Source: Selaginella moellendorffii
Taxonomy: Eukaryota > Plantae > Lycopodiophyta
Length of the DNA stretch: 64,000 nucleotides
Assembly: GCF_000143415.4 (NCBI RefSeq)
Contig: NW_003314263.1
Location: forward strand, 2,072,749-2,136,748
Reading direction: 5' to 3'
The notes under the pieces were generated by a model. That model had not been told where the DNA came from. It saw only the letters and a list, made by a program, of their open reading frames with translations, and did no database searches. This document shows, piece after piece, positions 20,974-33,827 of this stretch (the stretch's first letter is position 1; every line of letters starts with the position of its first letter). A program made the position numbers and the translations under genes.

Positions 20974-23900
20974 TTAGATCGTCGCGTGAGCAGCAGCGCC
21001 ACGCCTCTCTGGAAGGGAAATCTCGAGACGCATTAGCTCTCTCTTAAACTTTAGAGCAAACAAAGCTAGAACAAGAGAGAAAGCTTGGTTCGTACCTCCA
21101 GCAGCCACGAGCTTTTCCACCCGCGCAACGATGTGCTTGCCATAAGTGTACTTTTTTAGAGCGTGGAGGTGGACTTTGATACGACCCAGGAGCATCTCTC
21201 GTTGCTGGTCACTGCAAGTCTCCAAAACCTTTTGCACCACGTAGTTTGCAAACTGGTCCTTCATCATCGCCTGCGTGGAGTGGAGCCGAGCGTGAGCAAA
21301 ACGAAAAAAACTCTCTTTTGCTGTTCATCTCTTTACCTGTAATGGCGCGTTCTCGTCCGTGGTGCCAAGCATCTCATCCACCAAAATTTGCCGCTCCGCC
21401 GGCCCCCCAAACTCTAGGCACTTCTCCACTACATTCGAAGCGAACTTGTGCTGGCTCATCTGTACAATCTGCCCGGCCAGCTTAGTTATTATCTCGCTCC
21501 TCTCATGGGGTTTCCCATGTTCCAAAACGTGCTGCACAAAATTTACAACAAACAATCAAAAACAGAATCCGCAATAAAGCCACCTTGGATTTACCTGAAT
21601 AACGTAATTCCCATACTGATCCTGCGCTAGACTGCAGGTGGCGCCCAGGATTTCTTCCATGATTCCTGCCTGTTTCTGATCGTCTGTACAGTGCTCCAGA
21701 ACTCTCTGCACCAACGTAAAAGATTTCACTCCAATGATTAACTCCCACAGCAGTCTTTTCGTAAGTTACCTGAATCACCCGGCATCCATACGGATGAGTC
21801 GAGAGGACGAGTACTTGACCATAGAACGCGGATATGATAAACTGTATTTTGTCCGGCGGGACACATTCAATACATTTCTGAATGACATGATTCCCGTTTT
21901 GGTCTCGCACACATCGCATGACATGCCCATCCAGTTCTACTACGAGTTGAGTTTGTTGGTCCACATCACAGACCTCCAATGCCTACACAAACATATAGCA
22001 AGCTCTTTGTCTGTCTACAACTTCAAAGAGAAACAATGCATACCTTTTGTATGACACGACAGCCATACATCTGCAAGCTCAGCTCCAACATATGACCAAC
22101 GAGTAAATTTGCGAGCTCTCTGCGCTGCTGAGAGTTACCGTGTTCAAAAAACTGCACAAGGACGGACATGTAAGATCCTTCAGTTCTTACGTGCGACATA
22201 AAAACCATACCTTCTGGATCACATAGTTTCCGAAAACATCTGTCATGAGTGTAAACGCCTGAGGCAGAACCTCGTCAAAGACCATGGCTTTCTCCTCCGC
22301 AGTCGCGGCCTCCAGCTTTTGCTGAATGAAACGGCTACCGTGTTGATCGGCACTGTTAAAGAAGATCCTCAGTTTCTCTCAGCAACAAAAACTCCACTTT
22401 AAATACCTGAATTCCACAACGTGTCCCACAATGTCGGAGAGCTCGAACCGGCGGCTTTTACTGCTCTTAAACTCTTCCAAAAGTACAGATCCTCTGATGT
22501 CATCACCAAGATCACTTCCACGCTGCCAGCCATAATTTAGACCCGATCGCAGAGACGCCAGTGCCTCGCGATGAAGAACGCTTGATGAAGCCGAGGTCGA
22601 GCCGAGTGACGAGTAATACGGTGGAACAGTCCGCCCCCCATAGTACAAAGGATTCGGCTTCAGTGAGCTAGAAGAAGCACTCCTACCAAAATGATGCTTG
22701 TGATCCCCAATGTATCCCAGGTCGGAAGATTCAGACTGCAAATAATTGCGCAAAGCAACTTCGTCCGCAGCACGTTGCAGATACTGCAGATATAGAGCCT
22801 CCTGAAGCGAGCTCGACGAAACCCCGCCATCAACTTGCTGCTGCTGCTGCTGCTGCTGCTGAGCATATTTGTACAATTGCTGCCTGTCGATCCCACCAGA
22901 GGCACCTGCCAGTGCCGACCGTGCACTGAGCCTCGCTGCTGCGTTGTCGAACAAAGCGTTTGGAGACGAGTACGTGCCTCCCATAAGTGGAGTCGACTGA
23001 TAACCACTTAAACCATACTGTTGTTGGCCGTAAACGGACTGCAAGTTCTGGTAGTAAGGATTTCCAGCAGCTATATACGACATGGCTGCGGCGGCGGCGG
23101 CGGCGGCAAACGCGTTGGAGTTCGAACTTCCAGGCTGAAGAGGCGGCGCCGTTCCGGCCTCGTTGGTAAGGCCAAACTGCTGCATCTGATCCTCGAGAAA
23201 TTCCGTGTACGTTTGTGACGAAGGCTGCTGTACAGGTGCACGCTGAGAGCGTCGCTGATGCTGATGCTGCTGCTGGCGATATCGCATTTGACTGTGTTGG
23301 TCTCCTCCCTTGTCACGCTGGGACTGCTGCTGCTGTACAGTGTCGAAATTAGTTGACTCTTGCATGCTCAAGCCTTGCAGTGCTGCGCCAAGGTCGATCG
23401 CGTTCGAGCTTCCGGATCTTTTTACAGCGTTCCCCATGCCTATACTTCCTAGTTGGTCCCCGGAGACGGTCGGCTCAGCAGACGGGCTACGTTTCGGGGG
23501 AAACGGACTATGACGGCCACTTGACTCTGGAACCACTTGAGAGGAATCCAAGTGCGACATCTCCTGCAAATGCATTAGTTGCATCTCTACGTTGGACATG
23601 TTGGACGAGCTATCCTCTTTGCCATCGTGGTTGTAACTGTACACAGGTGATGGTGTTCGAGGAAAATCTTGCTGCCAAAAAAGTCCACCGATCAAAATTT
23701 GAAAACAGGAAACTCAACAAACACACTTACCTGAATGAGATCGACTAAGCTTCTGCCATGGGCTCCAAACCCATGGCCCAAAGCTCCCTCTAGCGCTGCC
23801 TTGTGCTGCTCTGGGTCGTCCTCAACATGTTCCAACGAGTCCTCGGGCATTATTGGCTGCGACGCGAACAAGGACCTGCTATTGTTGTCGTCGAAAGATC

Positions 23901-24345
23901 TCAGCTTCCAGTTGCTATCTTTGTTTCCACCGGCGAGGCGCTGAGCCAGCCTCAAGTTGTCCCACGAGATAATCGGTGGTGGCAGCCTGGGATTCAAGTT
24001 TATGTGCGAGTTGTAGTACGCAAGGTAGGCAGGATCCGAGCGCAATTGCTCCTCGCTCTCGTAGCTTTCTTCCCTCTCGGCCAGTCCCTTGGAAATCCTT
24101 CCGGGGCCAAAGCTGCTCGGATCCAGTAACCCACTGACCGCCGCCAAGGACCCCTCCACACTCGGCGGAGCACTCTCACTCCTGTGCATGAGAACGTCGC
24201 CATTCACCATGCTCTCGTAGCGCGATCGCTCCTTGAGCAGCATGGAGAGCTCTGAGTCGAGTGACGGAGCCGGGGCCCCGGAGGTGCGAATGCCATTACT
24301 CAAGCTTCCTCCTGGCATCAGTCTCACCGGGCTCTCAGTAGCCAT
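20974..24345 (-). CDS. APUM: Pumilio/PUF RNA-binding protein (APUM1-6 type), multi-exon
   Basis: MATESP start, [33 protein letters not shown] and [21 protein letters not shown] repeats include [41 protein letters not shown] and [10 protein letters not shown]. Confidence 0.95.
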
Positions 24346-25124
24346 CGAACGATCAATCCCTCCCGAAATTTCGAGCGCTGCCGGCAAAAAGGCAGCGCCG
24401 GAAAAGAATCGAGCAGCGCCTAGCTTCCCTTGCTCCTCCTCCTGTGCTTCTTCCTCCTCCTCCTCCTCCCCCGCCACGAAATCAGGGCAGACAAACGAAC
24501 CTCGACGCGTGCCGCCGGCGGCGCTACCGCCGTCCTCCTCCAAGCTCAGGCACGCCAAACCCTAGGCGCCATCGCCGCTAGCACCATCGCTCTACCTAAG
24601 AGCAGTGAAAAAAGGGGAGAAACCACACAGAGCATCACATTCTGTGAAAGCAGCACGGTATAAATACAAGAACTGGTAGAACGGTTAGAGCCGTCGGATC
24701 GAGCATCTGACGGCCCAGCGCCCACCACGACAATTTTAGGGCTTCTGGCTGCCGTTAACAAGTGCTGTCCGTACGGACGGCCCCCCAGCCGCACGATGCC
24801 TCATCCGACGGCTGGCGTCGGCCGGCGCCGCTCTTAGGGCTCCTCGTACCGTTTGTGACCGGAATTAGGGCTCCATTGGCTAGCGCATTTACGTACGCGT
24901 ACGGGGCAGACAAGCATATCATACAAAAGGCCTTTTATTTTTTCCGCCCAAAGAAAATCGTCTCCACTCCCACAGTGTTAGGTCTTTGAAGAGACGATGT
25001 GCGTTGACTAAACCGCCCCGTCGATACGATATGATTCCTCTGGAATGTCACATCCCACACCATTATAAGTTCCACGAATATTCTAGAGGCACCAAAATCT
25101 TGGAGCTTCCATTGTTTTGTAGCT

Positions 25125-25619
25125 ATGGCCATAGCTACAATGTTTGCCGGGAAATCATCCTTCATCCACCGGGGCTCCATCGCGCCGCAAATTTCCCACT
25201 TGGGCAAATTTCCCAGCCGGGCGCTCCACTTTGCCTCTCCAAGGGCTGAGAAATCCCTCTCTTCGTCCTCAACTGGGGAGATAGCCGCCATAGCCGGTAC
25301 CTCCGTGGCAATCCCAGTAGTGGCTTGGTCCCTCTTCACGCTCAAGACCACCGGTTGTGGCTTGCCACCCGGTCCCGGGGGATCACTTGGGGCGCTAGAA
25401 GGGGTGAGCTACCTCGCCATTGGAGCTCTCATCGCTTGGTCCATTTACACCAAAGCCAAAACCGGGTCTGGCCTCCCATCCGGTCCCTATGGACTGCTTG
25501 GGGCGTTGGAGGGCGTGTCCTATCTGGTCCTTCTCGGGGCTCTAGTGGTCTTTGGCTTGCAATTCATCGATCACGGCTACATCCCAGGGCCTCTCCCAAA
25601 CGAGCAATGCTACGGTTAA
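25125..25619 (+). CDS. Conserved small plastid-targeted membrane protein with a twofold internal repeat
   Basis: Transit-peptide-like N-terminus. The repeat pair is WSLFTLKTTGCGLPPGPGGSLGALEGVSYL / WSIYTKAKTGSGLPSGPYGLLGALEGVSYL. Confidence 0.85.
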   Translation: MAIATMFAGKSSFIHRGSIAPQISHLGKFPSRALHFASPRAEKSLSSSSTGEIAAIAGTSVAIPVVAWSLFTLKTTGCGLPPGPGGSLGALEGVSYLAIGALIAWSIYTKAKTGSGLPSGPYGLLGALEGVSYLVLLGALVVFGLQFIDHGYIPGPLPNEQCYG

Positions 25620-25900
25620 AAAAAAGCGCGCTAAGTGTGTAATTTAAATCTACTTTGAATTTAACTGGCGCCAAATGGGCACTGGATATTCTCCACTTGA
25701 AATTTTTCACCACGACTAGCGCCACATGCCACCACCTTATCCTCAAACACCTTATCGCGCCAAGCGTTCTCTTCGAGCCACTGTGGTTCTAAGATGTTCG
25801 GCCCATCGCAGCCCTTGGTACTGCCACGTGTCTAGATCCTGTAAGAGCTCATGAGAGCTAGGTTGCATTTTCACTGTGCTTGGGAGGAAGAGGTATAGCT

Positions 25901-26857
25901 ATGGCGTGCTCGTCGTCGGCAACATGCGTGATCAATTCCGCTAGGGCAGCTCCGGGCGAGGGTTTTAGGAATTCACATTGCGTCCCGGCGGCATTGCGGC
26001 CGGGTCTAGGATCTTCATCGCTTCCATCGCTTTCCTCGGGCAAAATCTCGTCCAGGACACTAGGTATGGATGGATTTTGGCGATTGCGCTGTAGATTTTC
26101 TTGTTCTTGCGGTTTTTGCCGCCCCGATCTGGCATTTTAGAGCGCATTTGTCACAGAGATTCCATCAGCATTGACGATTTGCGCATTCATCGATCGTGTG
26201 CTTCCATCAGCATTGACAAATTCGCACTTCCCATGCTTTTTTATTCATTTCTTGTGTGTCAGAGCTAAGAACGCCCTCTCGGATGGTCGCGTTTGCGACG
26301 GAGACATCCTCCACTGAAGCAGCCGCTAACGATTTTTTGAAGAAGATCCAAGACGCTGTAAGTACGCTAGCCTAGTGAATGCATTCTATAGTATACTTTT
26401 TATCTCTTTTTTTTCTTTGCCTTCTTCCAGTGGGAGAAAACTGATGACAAGCTCGCAGTTGGCGGCCTGGGCTTTGCTGCGTTGCTAGTTTTGTGGGCTT
26501 CGACTGGACTTATCGCGGTGAGCTTCAAACTTCCAGCGTCTTAAACTATAGGTGCTTCTTTCTTACACCAGGCGATTGATAAGCTTCCAATCCTGCCTAC
26601 GTTCTTCGAGCTCGTTGGCCTTTTGTTCTCCTCAGTAAGTTGAAAACTTCTCTCAAATTTTTTGCACTTCGATCTGTGACACTTTGATTTCGTTGTCCAG
26701 TGGTTCGTCTACCGATACTTGCTCTTCAAACCTGACAGGTAAGTTACCTCCTACGTTCCTAAATTCCAAAACTAACGCAAGACCCTGGTGATCATGCAGA
26801 GAAGAGCTGCTCAAGAAGATCGACGAAACAAAAGGAAAGATTACCGGCTCCGAGTGA
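25901..26857 (+). CDS. CURT1: CURVATURE THYLAKOID 1 family protein (CAAD domain), multi-exon
   Basis: Spliced KIQDA|WEKTDDKLAVGGLGFAALLVLWASTGLIA|AIDKLPILPTFFELVGLLFSS|WFVYRYLLFKPD|REELLKKIDE, preceded by a transit peptide. Confidence 0.92.
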
Positions 26858-26982
26858 GTTCTTTCTCCTTCGGTTCAACTTTTGCAGCGAGAAGCCTGTA
26901 ACTTCTACAACCGAGCCAGTAAATAAAAACCTTGATGATTTTCCGAGCTAGATGATCACAACAGTTGCGATCGCAAACACGA

Positions 26983-27896
26983 CTATCTGAGAGGCTGGAT
27001 ATGACACCTGAGAACGAAACAAACTCGTCAAGACCGAGGAAAACAATACGAGAGAACAAACTTACCCGAGAAGACCACTTCCTCCCCACCTCCGAGGAGT
27101 AACGTAGAGATGTTCTTCAACACCTCGCCTCAGGACGATGACTGCGATGGCACGGTTCTCGTGGCTCTGGCCTTCGAGCGCAAGCCTTCGCAAGCAATCG
27201 TCTCCGCCACCCTCGACGCTCCCAAACTTGACCAGCTGATCTCCAACGACGATTCCATCTCTTGCTGCGGGTGACCCCTCGGCTACTTCGTCAAACACTG
27301 CGAAAGGCAAGCGTCCGGGATTATCCTCATCCATAGCTACAGCAGCGTTTTCGATCGACGAAGCTCCTCCACTGCCGGACTGGAAAAATCTGTGTGGAAC
27401 TTGCTCGCCTTCAGCTAAACGAGAGAAAAAAAACGAAGAAATGAGAAAAACAACGTTTTGCATCCTGGACGATACCTGTTCTCTTCTGCGGGAGAGAAAA
27501 ATCCAAATCCTTGCTGCCAGAGTGAAGAATATGGATGTTCTTCTCTATCCTATCAGTGATTTCCTTACGATCGTTCTTTAGCACTGCATTTTCACAAAAC
27601 TCCGTGAGAAAAAAAGCAACTTTGATCGAGGAAATCTAACCAGCCAGCTTTTGGCGATCGCTTCTCACGGCAGCTACGTCAATGTCCGCTCTTGGAAATC
27701 CCTGTTACACGACACAACTTGATGAGCTCCTCGCCGATCTAGCTCAAGGATTTACCTCGCTATCGACGAGATTCCCAGATAATCCAGGCCCGCCGGGGCG
27801 ACACAAGCGCTGGATGATGCCATCCATCTCCTCCTCCATGGCGGTGCGCTGCTCCATGAGCGCCATCGTCTCCGCCTTGATGTTTGCACCCACCAT
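26983..27896 (-). CDS. PSMD9: 26S proteasome assembly chaperone Nas2/PSMD9 (PDZ), multi-exon
   Basis: MVGANIKAETMALMEQR..GPGLSGNLVDSE|GFPRADID..; PFAVFDEVAEGSPAARDGIVVGDQLVKFG..TPRRWGGSGLLG|CHI. Confidence 0.92.
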
Positions 27897-28041
27897 CGCT
27901 GAAATCTGTTAGCCCTAAAATCTATGACAATATAGCATACCAATCAGTTCTAAACAAGAAAAAAATCTCTTACACACTTTGGAAGTTTCTTCTCAATCTG
28001 AGACAATGAGGTAAAATCCAATGGAGAAAACTTGGTACTCA

Positions 28042-28410
28042 GCAAAATTCTCGTCAGTTTCCACGAGTTTAGCAAGATCTATGAATAAGGAGCAAGAGAC
28101 AACCATTAGAACACAAGGGAAAAAAAAGAGGACGACGAAGAACCTGGTTTGCGTGTGTTCTATTTAGTGATCGCAGCTTCGTGACCCACAACTCTCGTCG
28201 ATTTCCACGACTCCAGCAAGATCTATGAATGAAGAGCGAGAGACAACCATTAGAAAACAAGGAGAAAAACGAGGACGACGAAGAACCTGGTTTCTATCAG
28301 CTTCGTGATACAAAATTCTCGTCAGTTTCCACGACTCCAGCAAGATCTAAGAATGAAGAACCATTAGAACACAAGGAATAAAAAGAGGACGACGAGGAAC
28401 CTGGTTTGCT
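28042..28410. repeat. Three diverged tandem copies (~110-130 bp) spanning the PPR stop codon region
   Basis: Recurring tctcgtc..tttccacga..agcaagatcta..accattagaa.acaagg..gaggacgacga.gaacctggttt. Confidence 0.9.
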
Positions 28411-29859
28411 TGTGTTTCTCCTGCCGATTATCTGTGAGTGTTCTTCCCACATTCCAACGCTCCTGTAAACGTTCGCCATGAGAACGTAAGCCAGTCCCTG
28501 TGTAGCGTCCAGCCGCAACGACGCCTCAAACGCAACCTTGGCCACTTCCACGTTTCTCCACTTCCAGCAAGCTCCTAGAATGGTGTTCCAAGTCACTGTG
28601 CTTGCTTCGAACGGCATGCTCTCGGCCATAGCCACTGCCTCGTTGAGTAAGTTTGCCTGGCCGAGGATGTCCACCATGCAGTGGTAGTGCTCAAGGCTGG
28701 CACGAATTCCATACTGCGACACCATAGCTGCGAAGAACTCCTTGGCCTTCTCGACGAAGCCACCATGACCGCAAGCTCGGAGGAGCGACAGGAAAGTGAT
28801 CCCATCCGGACGAACGCCTTCTTCTCGCATTCTCTGGAAGAGCTGGACTACTCGCTCGGCGTCTCCTATCCGGCCATACCCGGCTATCAGAGTGCTCCAA
28901 GTCACTAGATTTCTCATCCCGCTGCTCATCGACTCGAAAACTTGTAGAGCAGCAGCCATGCTCCCACACTTGCCGTAGAAATCCAGCAGCGAGTTGCAGA
29001 GAAATCCATCTCTCGACAGGCCGCGCTTGGAAATCTCGTCGTGAATCTTCCTCCCACTTTGTAGAGCCGAGAGGATGCTACAGGCCTTGAGAGCAGCGGC
29101 AAAAACCCGAGCATCCGGCTCGATGTTCATGCTCTCGAAGAGCTCCAATCCAGACTTTGCCTCCCCATTTTCTACGCAAGCCACTATGATCGAAGTCCAT
29201 GAAACCACGTCGTGACTGGCCATCCTGTCGAAAACCATCCGAGCGTCGAGCAAGCTCCCACACTTGGCATACGTATCGATCAACCTGTTGGCGAGAAAAC
29301 CATTGAAGAGATCCTTCTTCTTCCGAGCCTGGGAGTGTAGATCCAGTACTCTCTCCAGAAATTCCAGCTTGACGAGCTTCTCATCGATTAGAGTGCCAGT
29401 CGATCCTTCTGCCAGGCCGGAGATGGCTAGAAGCGCTGCGACGTAAGTCCTGGAAGTCGGAGAAAATCCCTGCGATCCCATTCTTTCGAAGAGCTCCCAA
29501 GCTCTCTCGGCCTCCCTGTTCGTGGTGTGGCCGAGTATCAGTGTGTTCCAGGACACCACATTGCGGTGCTCCATCGCATCGAACACCAGCCTCGCATCGG
29601 CCAAGCTCCCGCATTTCAAGAACACGCTCGCCAGATTGTTGGCGAGGAAGACGTTGGAGAGATTCTTGCTCTCGGCGGCCAATGCGTGGATCTTTCTAGC
29701 AGCACCGAGGTCCCTGGAGCAACCGCATTGCCTGAGCGCCGCGAGGAGCGCTGGAATCTGGATTGCATCGTCCTGTTCTCGACGAAATCGCAAAGCGCTG
29801 CTTGCTGATCGATGCGAGAGCCGCTGGAAGGAGCAGCGCCGCGATCGCCAAGCTCCCAT
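28297..29859 (-). CDS. PLS-class pentatricopeptide repeat protein (E-type C-terminus), intronless
   Basis: KCGSLADARLVFDAM..NVVSWNTLI, PDGITFLSLLRACGHGG, LEHYHCMVDILGQA and W.TILGAC. No DYW domain. Confidence 0.9.
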   Translation of the reverse strand: MGAWRSRRCSFQRLSHRSASSALRFRREQDDAIQIPALLAALRQCGCSRDLGAARKIHALAAESKNLSNVFLANNLASVFLKCGSLADARLVFDAMEHRNVVSWNTLILGHTTNREAERAWELFERMGSQGFSPTSRTYVAALLAISGLAEGSTGTLIDEKLVKLEFLERVLDLHSQARKKKDLFNGFLANRLIDTYAKCGSLLDARMVFDRMASHDVVSWTSIIVACVENGEAKSGLELFESMNIEPDARVFAAALKACSILSALQSGRKIHDEISKRGLSRDGFLCNSLLDFYGKCGSMAAALQVFESMSSGMRNLVTWSTLIAGYGRIGDAERVVQLFQRMREEGVRPDGITFLSLLRACGHGGFVEKAKEFFAAMVSQYGIRASLEHYHCMVDILGQANLLNEAVAMAESMPFEASTVTWNTILGACWKWRNVEVAKVAFEASLRLDATQGLAYVLMANVYRSVGMWEEHSQIIGRRNTSKPGSSSSSFYSLCSNGSSFLDLAGVVETDENFVSRS

Positions 29860-29923
29860 TCGAGCTCCATGCGCGATCTAGAGAAATATTTCGCGATTCT
29901 AGGTTTAGGGTTTAAGGTAAGCG
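29860..29923. promoter_or_regulatory. 64-bp inter-ATG gap with a telo-box (TAGGGTTT); putative bidirectional promoter
   Basis: Divergent ATGs at 29859 (-) and 29924 (+). taggtttagggttt lies at 29900-29913. Confidence 0.55.
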
Positions 29924-32900
29924 ATGGAGGAGGAAGAACACCACAGCGCATCCGAGGCGGAGGACGATGGCGGCGATGGCGGCTTCCCGATGGCAGGTGT
30001 GGCAGATTTCATGAATGTCGACACCAGATCGGCTTCCCGGATCAAGCACGACAAGAAGCTCAAGAAGAAGGCCAAGTCCGGGGGTTTCGAGAGTCTCGGC
30101 CTCAGCCCCAGCATCTATCAGGCAATCCGGAAGAAAGGCTACTCCGTGCCGACGCCAATCCAGAGGAAGACGCTGCCGCTGATCCTGGCCGGGAACGATG
30201 TGGTGGCCATGGCTCGGACAGGGTCGGGTAAGACTGCCGCATTTCTCATTCCAATGCTGGAGAAGCTTAGAGCTCACAGTCCCAAGCCTGGAGCTCGAGC
30301 GCTCATTCTCTCGCCGACGAGAGAATTGGCCTTGCAAACGTTTAAGTTTTGCAAGGAACTTGGGCGAAACACTGGTACGTGGTGCTTTTCACTCTCCTCC
30401 GTCCTCGATTTTTTTCTTATCGCTTTTTCTGTGTGCCTAGATTTGAGGATCACTGTCCTCGTCGGTGGTGATAGCATGGAGACGCAATTCGAGCAACTTA
30501 GCAAGAATCCGGATATCTTGATCGCTACTCCTGGTCGACTCATGCACCATCTCTCGGAAGTGGAGGGTATGTCACTCAAAAGCGTCGAGTACGTGGTTTT
30601 TGACGAGGCCGATCGACTGTTTGAGATGGGATTCGCGGAGCAGCTCAGGCAGATTCTAACCCAGCTTCACGAGCTCCGACAAACTTTACTTTTCAGCGCT
30701 ACGTTGCCAAGGCTACTTGCGGATTTCGCCAAGGCCGGGCTCAAGGATCCATTGACGGTGCGTTTGGACACCGAGACGAAGATCAGCCCCGACTTAAAAC
30801 TGGCGTTTTTCACCATGAGGAAGGAAGAAAAGCTCGCGTGCCTCGTCCATCTTTTGAGGGAGGTGGTTTCTTCGGAACAGCAGACCGTGGTTTTCGTCTC
30901 GACGAAACATCACGTCGAGTTTTTGTTCGAGGTTTTGAAGAGTGAAGGCATCGATCTGGCAGTCGTCTACGGGGCAATGGATCAGACGGCTCGGAAGATC
31001 AACGTTGCGAAGTTTAGAGCTCGGAAGACGATGATACTCCTCGTGACAGACGTTGCGGCTCGAGGAATCGATATCCCCCTCTTGGACAACGTGGTGAACT
31101 TCGACTTTCCTGCAAAGCCCAAGCTTTTTGTTCATCGAGTTGGCCGTGCTGCTCGAGCGGGAAGAACAGGCACAGCTTATTCGTTTCTCACATCGGACGA
31201 ACTTCCTTATCTACTCGACCTCCACCTCTTTCTTTCCAAGCCGGTGCGTCCAGCGCCAACAGAGGAAGATATCGTCTCATCTCCGGGTCTGTTATCAGAA
31301 ACTGAAGAGGCAGTATCCAGAGGTGAAACTGTCTATGGGCGATTTCCACAGTTGGTTCTAGATACCACTATGGAGAGAGTACGAGAAAGCATTGACCAAA
31401 GCACAGATATCTTGGCATTGCAGAAAGCATGCAGCAACGCTTACAGGCTCTATTCCAAAACCAGGCCTACACCGTCTCCTGAATCCTGTAAGAGAGTGAA
31501 AACTCTAGCCAAAGAAGGCCTTCATCTGCTCTTCAGGAAGAAAGCCGGCACGGCTGATGCAGCTGCAGCGTTCGCAGAACGTCTCAAAAACTTCAAGTAA
31601 GCTGTTTATATATTTGTTTTGTTTTGTTTTTTCCTTACATGATTAACCTTGTAGACCAAAGCAAACGGTTCTTGAAGCAGAAGGTGAAGCTGCTAAAGCG
31701 AAGAAAAGAAAGGTGCGAAAGTCATTCCATTATCTTCTTATGACTTTAGCTAACTTACTTTTGATATAGACTCCCCTCGCAGACTCTGTGGACGTTATGA
31801 AGAGAAAAAGGGAGGTGCACGACAGATTTGTAAAACCCCGGGAAAATGCGCAAAATTCCCTCCGGGAAAGTGTCCAACAGTTATCAAGTAACGAGGTCAG
31901 CATACTCTCTCAAAATATCTGTTTTTAACACGTCAATTTATAGACCGATGAGTGCTCGATGCCACCAAAGAAGAAGAGTAGAAATGGTTTGTTGGATGCT
32001 CCAATACACGACGTAACTAACCAGCTTAACATTTTGCAGGTGGAGAAGGCCTTAAAATTATCTCCAACAATTTTCGCGATGAAGAGTTCTACATCAACTC
32101 CATACCCTCAAACAGGGTCGGTGAATTATTTCACAGTACATTTCTGCATGTGTTAAATTTCGTTTGTTTTGTGACAGCACTCGGAATTGGGTCTAGCTGT
32201 TGATGCCTCTGACGGGTTTGGAAAGAACAGGTGATGCCACGACTGCATACGGCTTTTAATGTAACATAAATGTTTTACTGCAGACTGGACACCGAAGTAC
32301 TTGATCTTGTTCCTGAAGACGACTCCGGAGTACAAAAGCAAAAGGCTACTTATCACTGGGACAAAGTAAGCTTCACTTTTTTGAGACTTGTTTAACGTTT
32401 TTCCCGGTGCTCTGCAGCGAAGCAAAAAGTACATCAAGCTCAATCGTGGAGAGAAGATAACTGCATCTGGAAAGGTTTGGGCGGCTACTAAAAGCGGAAT
32501 TTATCTGACTTGGAACAATTTTTACAGATCAAAACGGAGAGCGGTGCCAAGGTTAATGCCGGAAACCGCAACCTTTACAAGAAGTGGGCAGAGCGAAGCC
32601 ACATGAAAGTTTCTAAGTTTTCAAACGAGAATGATGGTTCGTCCAAAATCGCAGCTCGTTTCGAATCTTAAACTTTTTATCCGTGCCTGTGCAGACGACG
32701 AAAAAACGGACGGCCGCAAGAGGAAGGGTGGGTTCGACAGAAAAAATGGCAGCGGAAGGAACAAGAGGATGAAGCAAATTCCAAACGCAGGCGCTCGCAG
32801 GGAGCTCAAAGGCGTTGAAGAGGTGCGAAAGAAAAGGCAAGAGAGCAAGAACAAGTCCACAAAGAAAGGTGGTTTTGCTAACAATAGAGGCAAAGGCAAA

Positions 32901-32948
32901 GGTGGCCCTGTTGGAAGAGCCAAAGGCAAAGGTAGCAAAAGGCGTTAG
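29924..32948 (+). CDS. RH29: DEAD-box RNA helicase, DBP10/DDX54 type, multi-exon
   Basis: [54 protein letters not shown] and [11 protein letters not shown]. The C-terminal part has YHWDK..KKYIK and KIKTESG. Confidence 0.95.
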
Positions 32949-33827
32949 AAACTTAGGCCCATATTCCATTAAAGTTGTTTTGGCCTTTGAGGAAGGAACA
33001 GTTTGGAATGCCTCTCTTACAGCACTTCAAAATAATTTATGTTTTTGTAGTGTGAACTAGAGAGAAATCAAGATGTAATGAAATAACCATAAATCATCCT
33101 TCCTTCCAACAAATAGAAATTTTCATTTAATCCAACATCATTCTCAAATGCTTTAATAGTGTATTTTTCTATAATATTTCTTGATTTTCATTTATTTTTA
33201 AGTGTTTCTTCCATGCCAGGATAAATTATGGTATGTTTGTTAAATCTAAATTTTTAAATTCCAAACCAGTCAATTCTAATTTTTCTAATTTCAAACCATC
33301 CAACTATAAAGCATTCAATTGTAAAAAAGAAAAAGTAAAAATGGTGAAAAAAAAAGTTGAATTGAAAGATAAATTTAAATGGCCTTTAAAGCCAAAAATA
33401 GACAATTAAGAAAAATTGATTATATTTCTATTCTTTAAAATTTAAATTGTTTAACCCTCTAAAATGTTTTATTTAAATTTAAATTCTAAAAAAAACACCA
33501 CTAATATATTAAAACTTTTGTGTGCTATATTATTTTAAAGTTTCATCTTAAATTCCATTATTTGAAAGTTACTTTATATCATTGACTAAAACGTCTTGAT
33601 GCTTCTTTTGTAGGGGATAAATTTAAAATGTGGAGATTGACTTTTAAATAAAAGGTAATTTTTTTATTTACTTTTCATCTAAGAAAGGTTAAATTTTTTT
33701 CCCATTGATAAAAAGGGCTAAAAACTATATTGAAAGGAAAATTACATAGATGTCTTTCTTTCTTTATATTCTAAATTTAAATTGTTTTACACCAGTCCAC
33801 ATTATCTTAATTAGAAGCATTCATTGA

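Noticed and set aside
24346-24558. N-terminal extension of the Pumilio protein
   Set aside because: It starts at a non-ATG codon in low-complexity sequence. MATESP at 24345 is the family-typical start.
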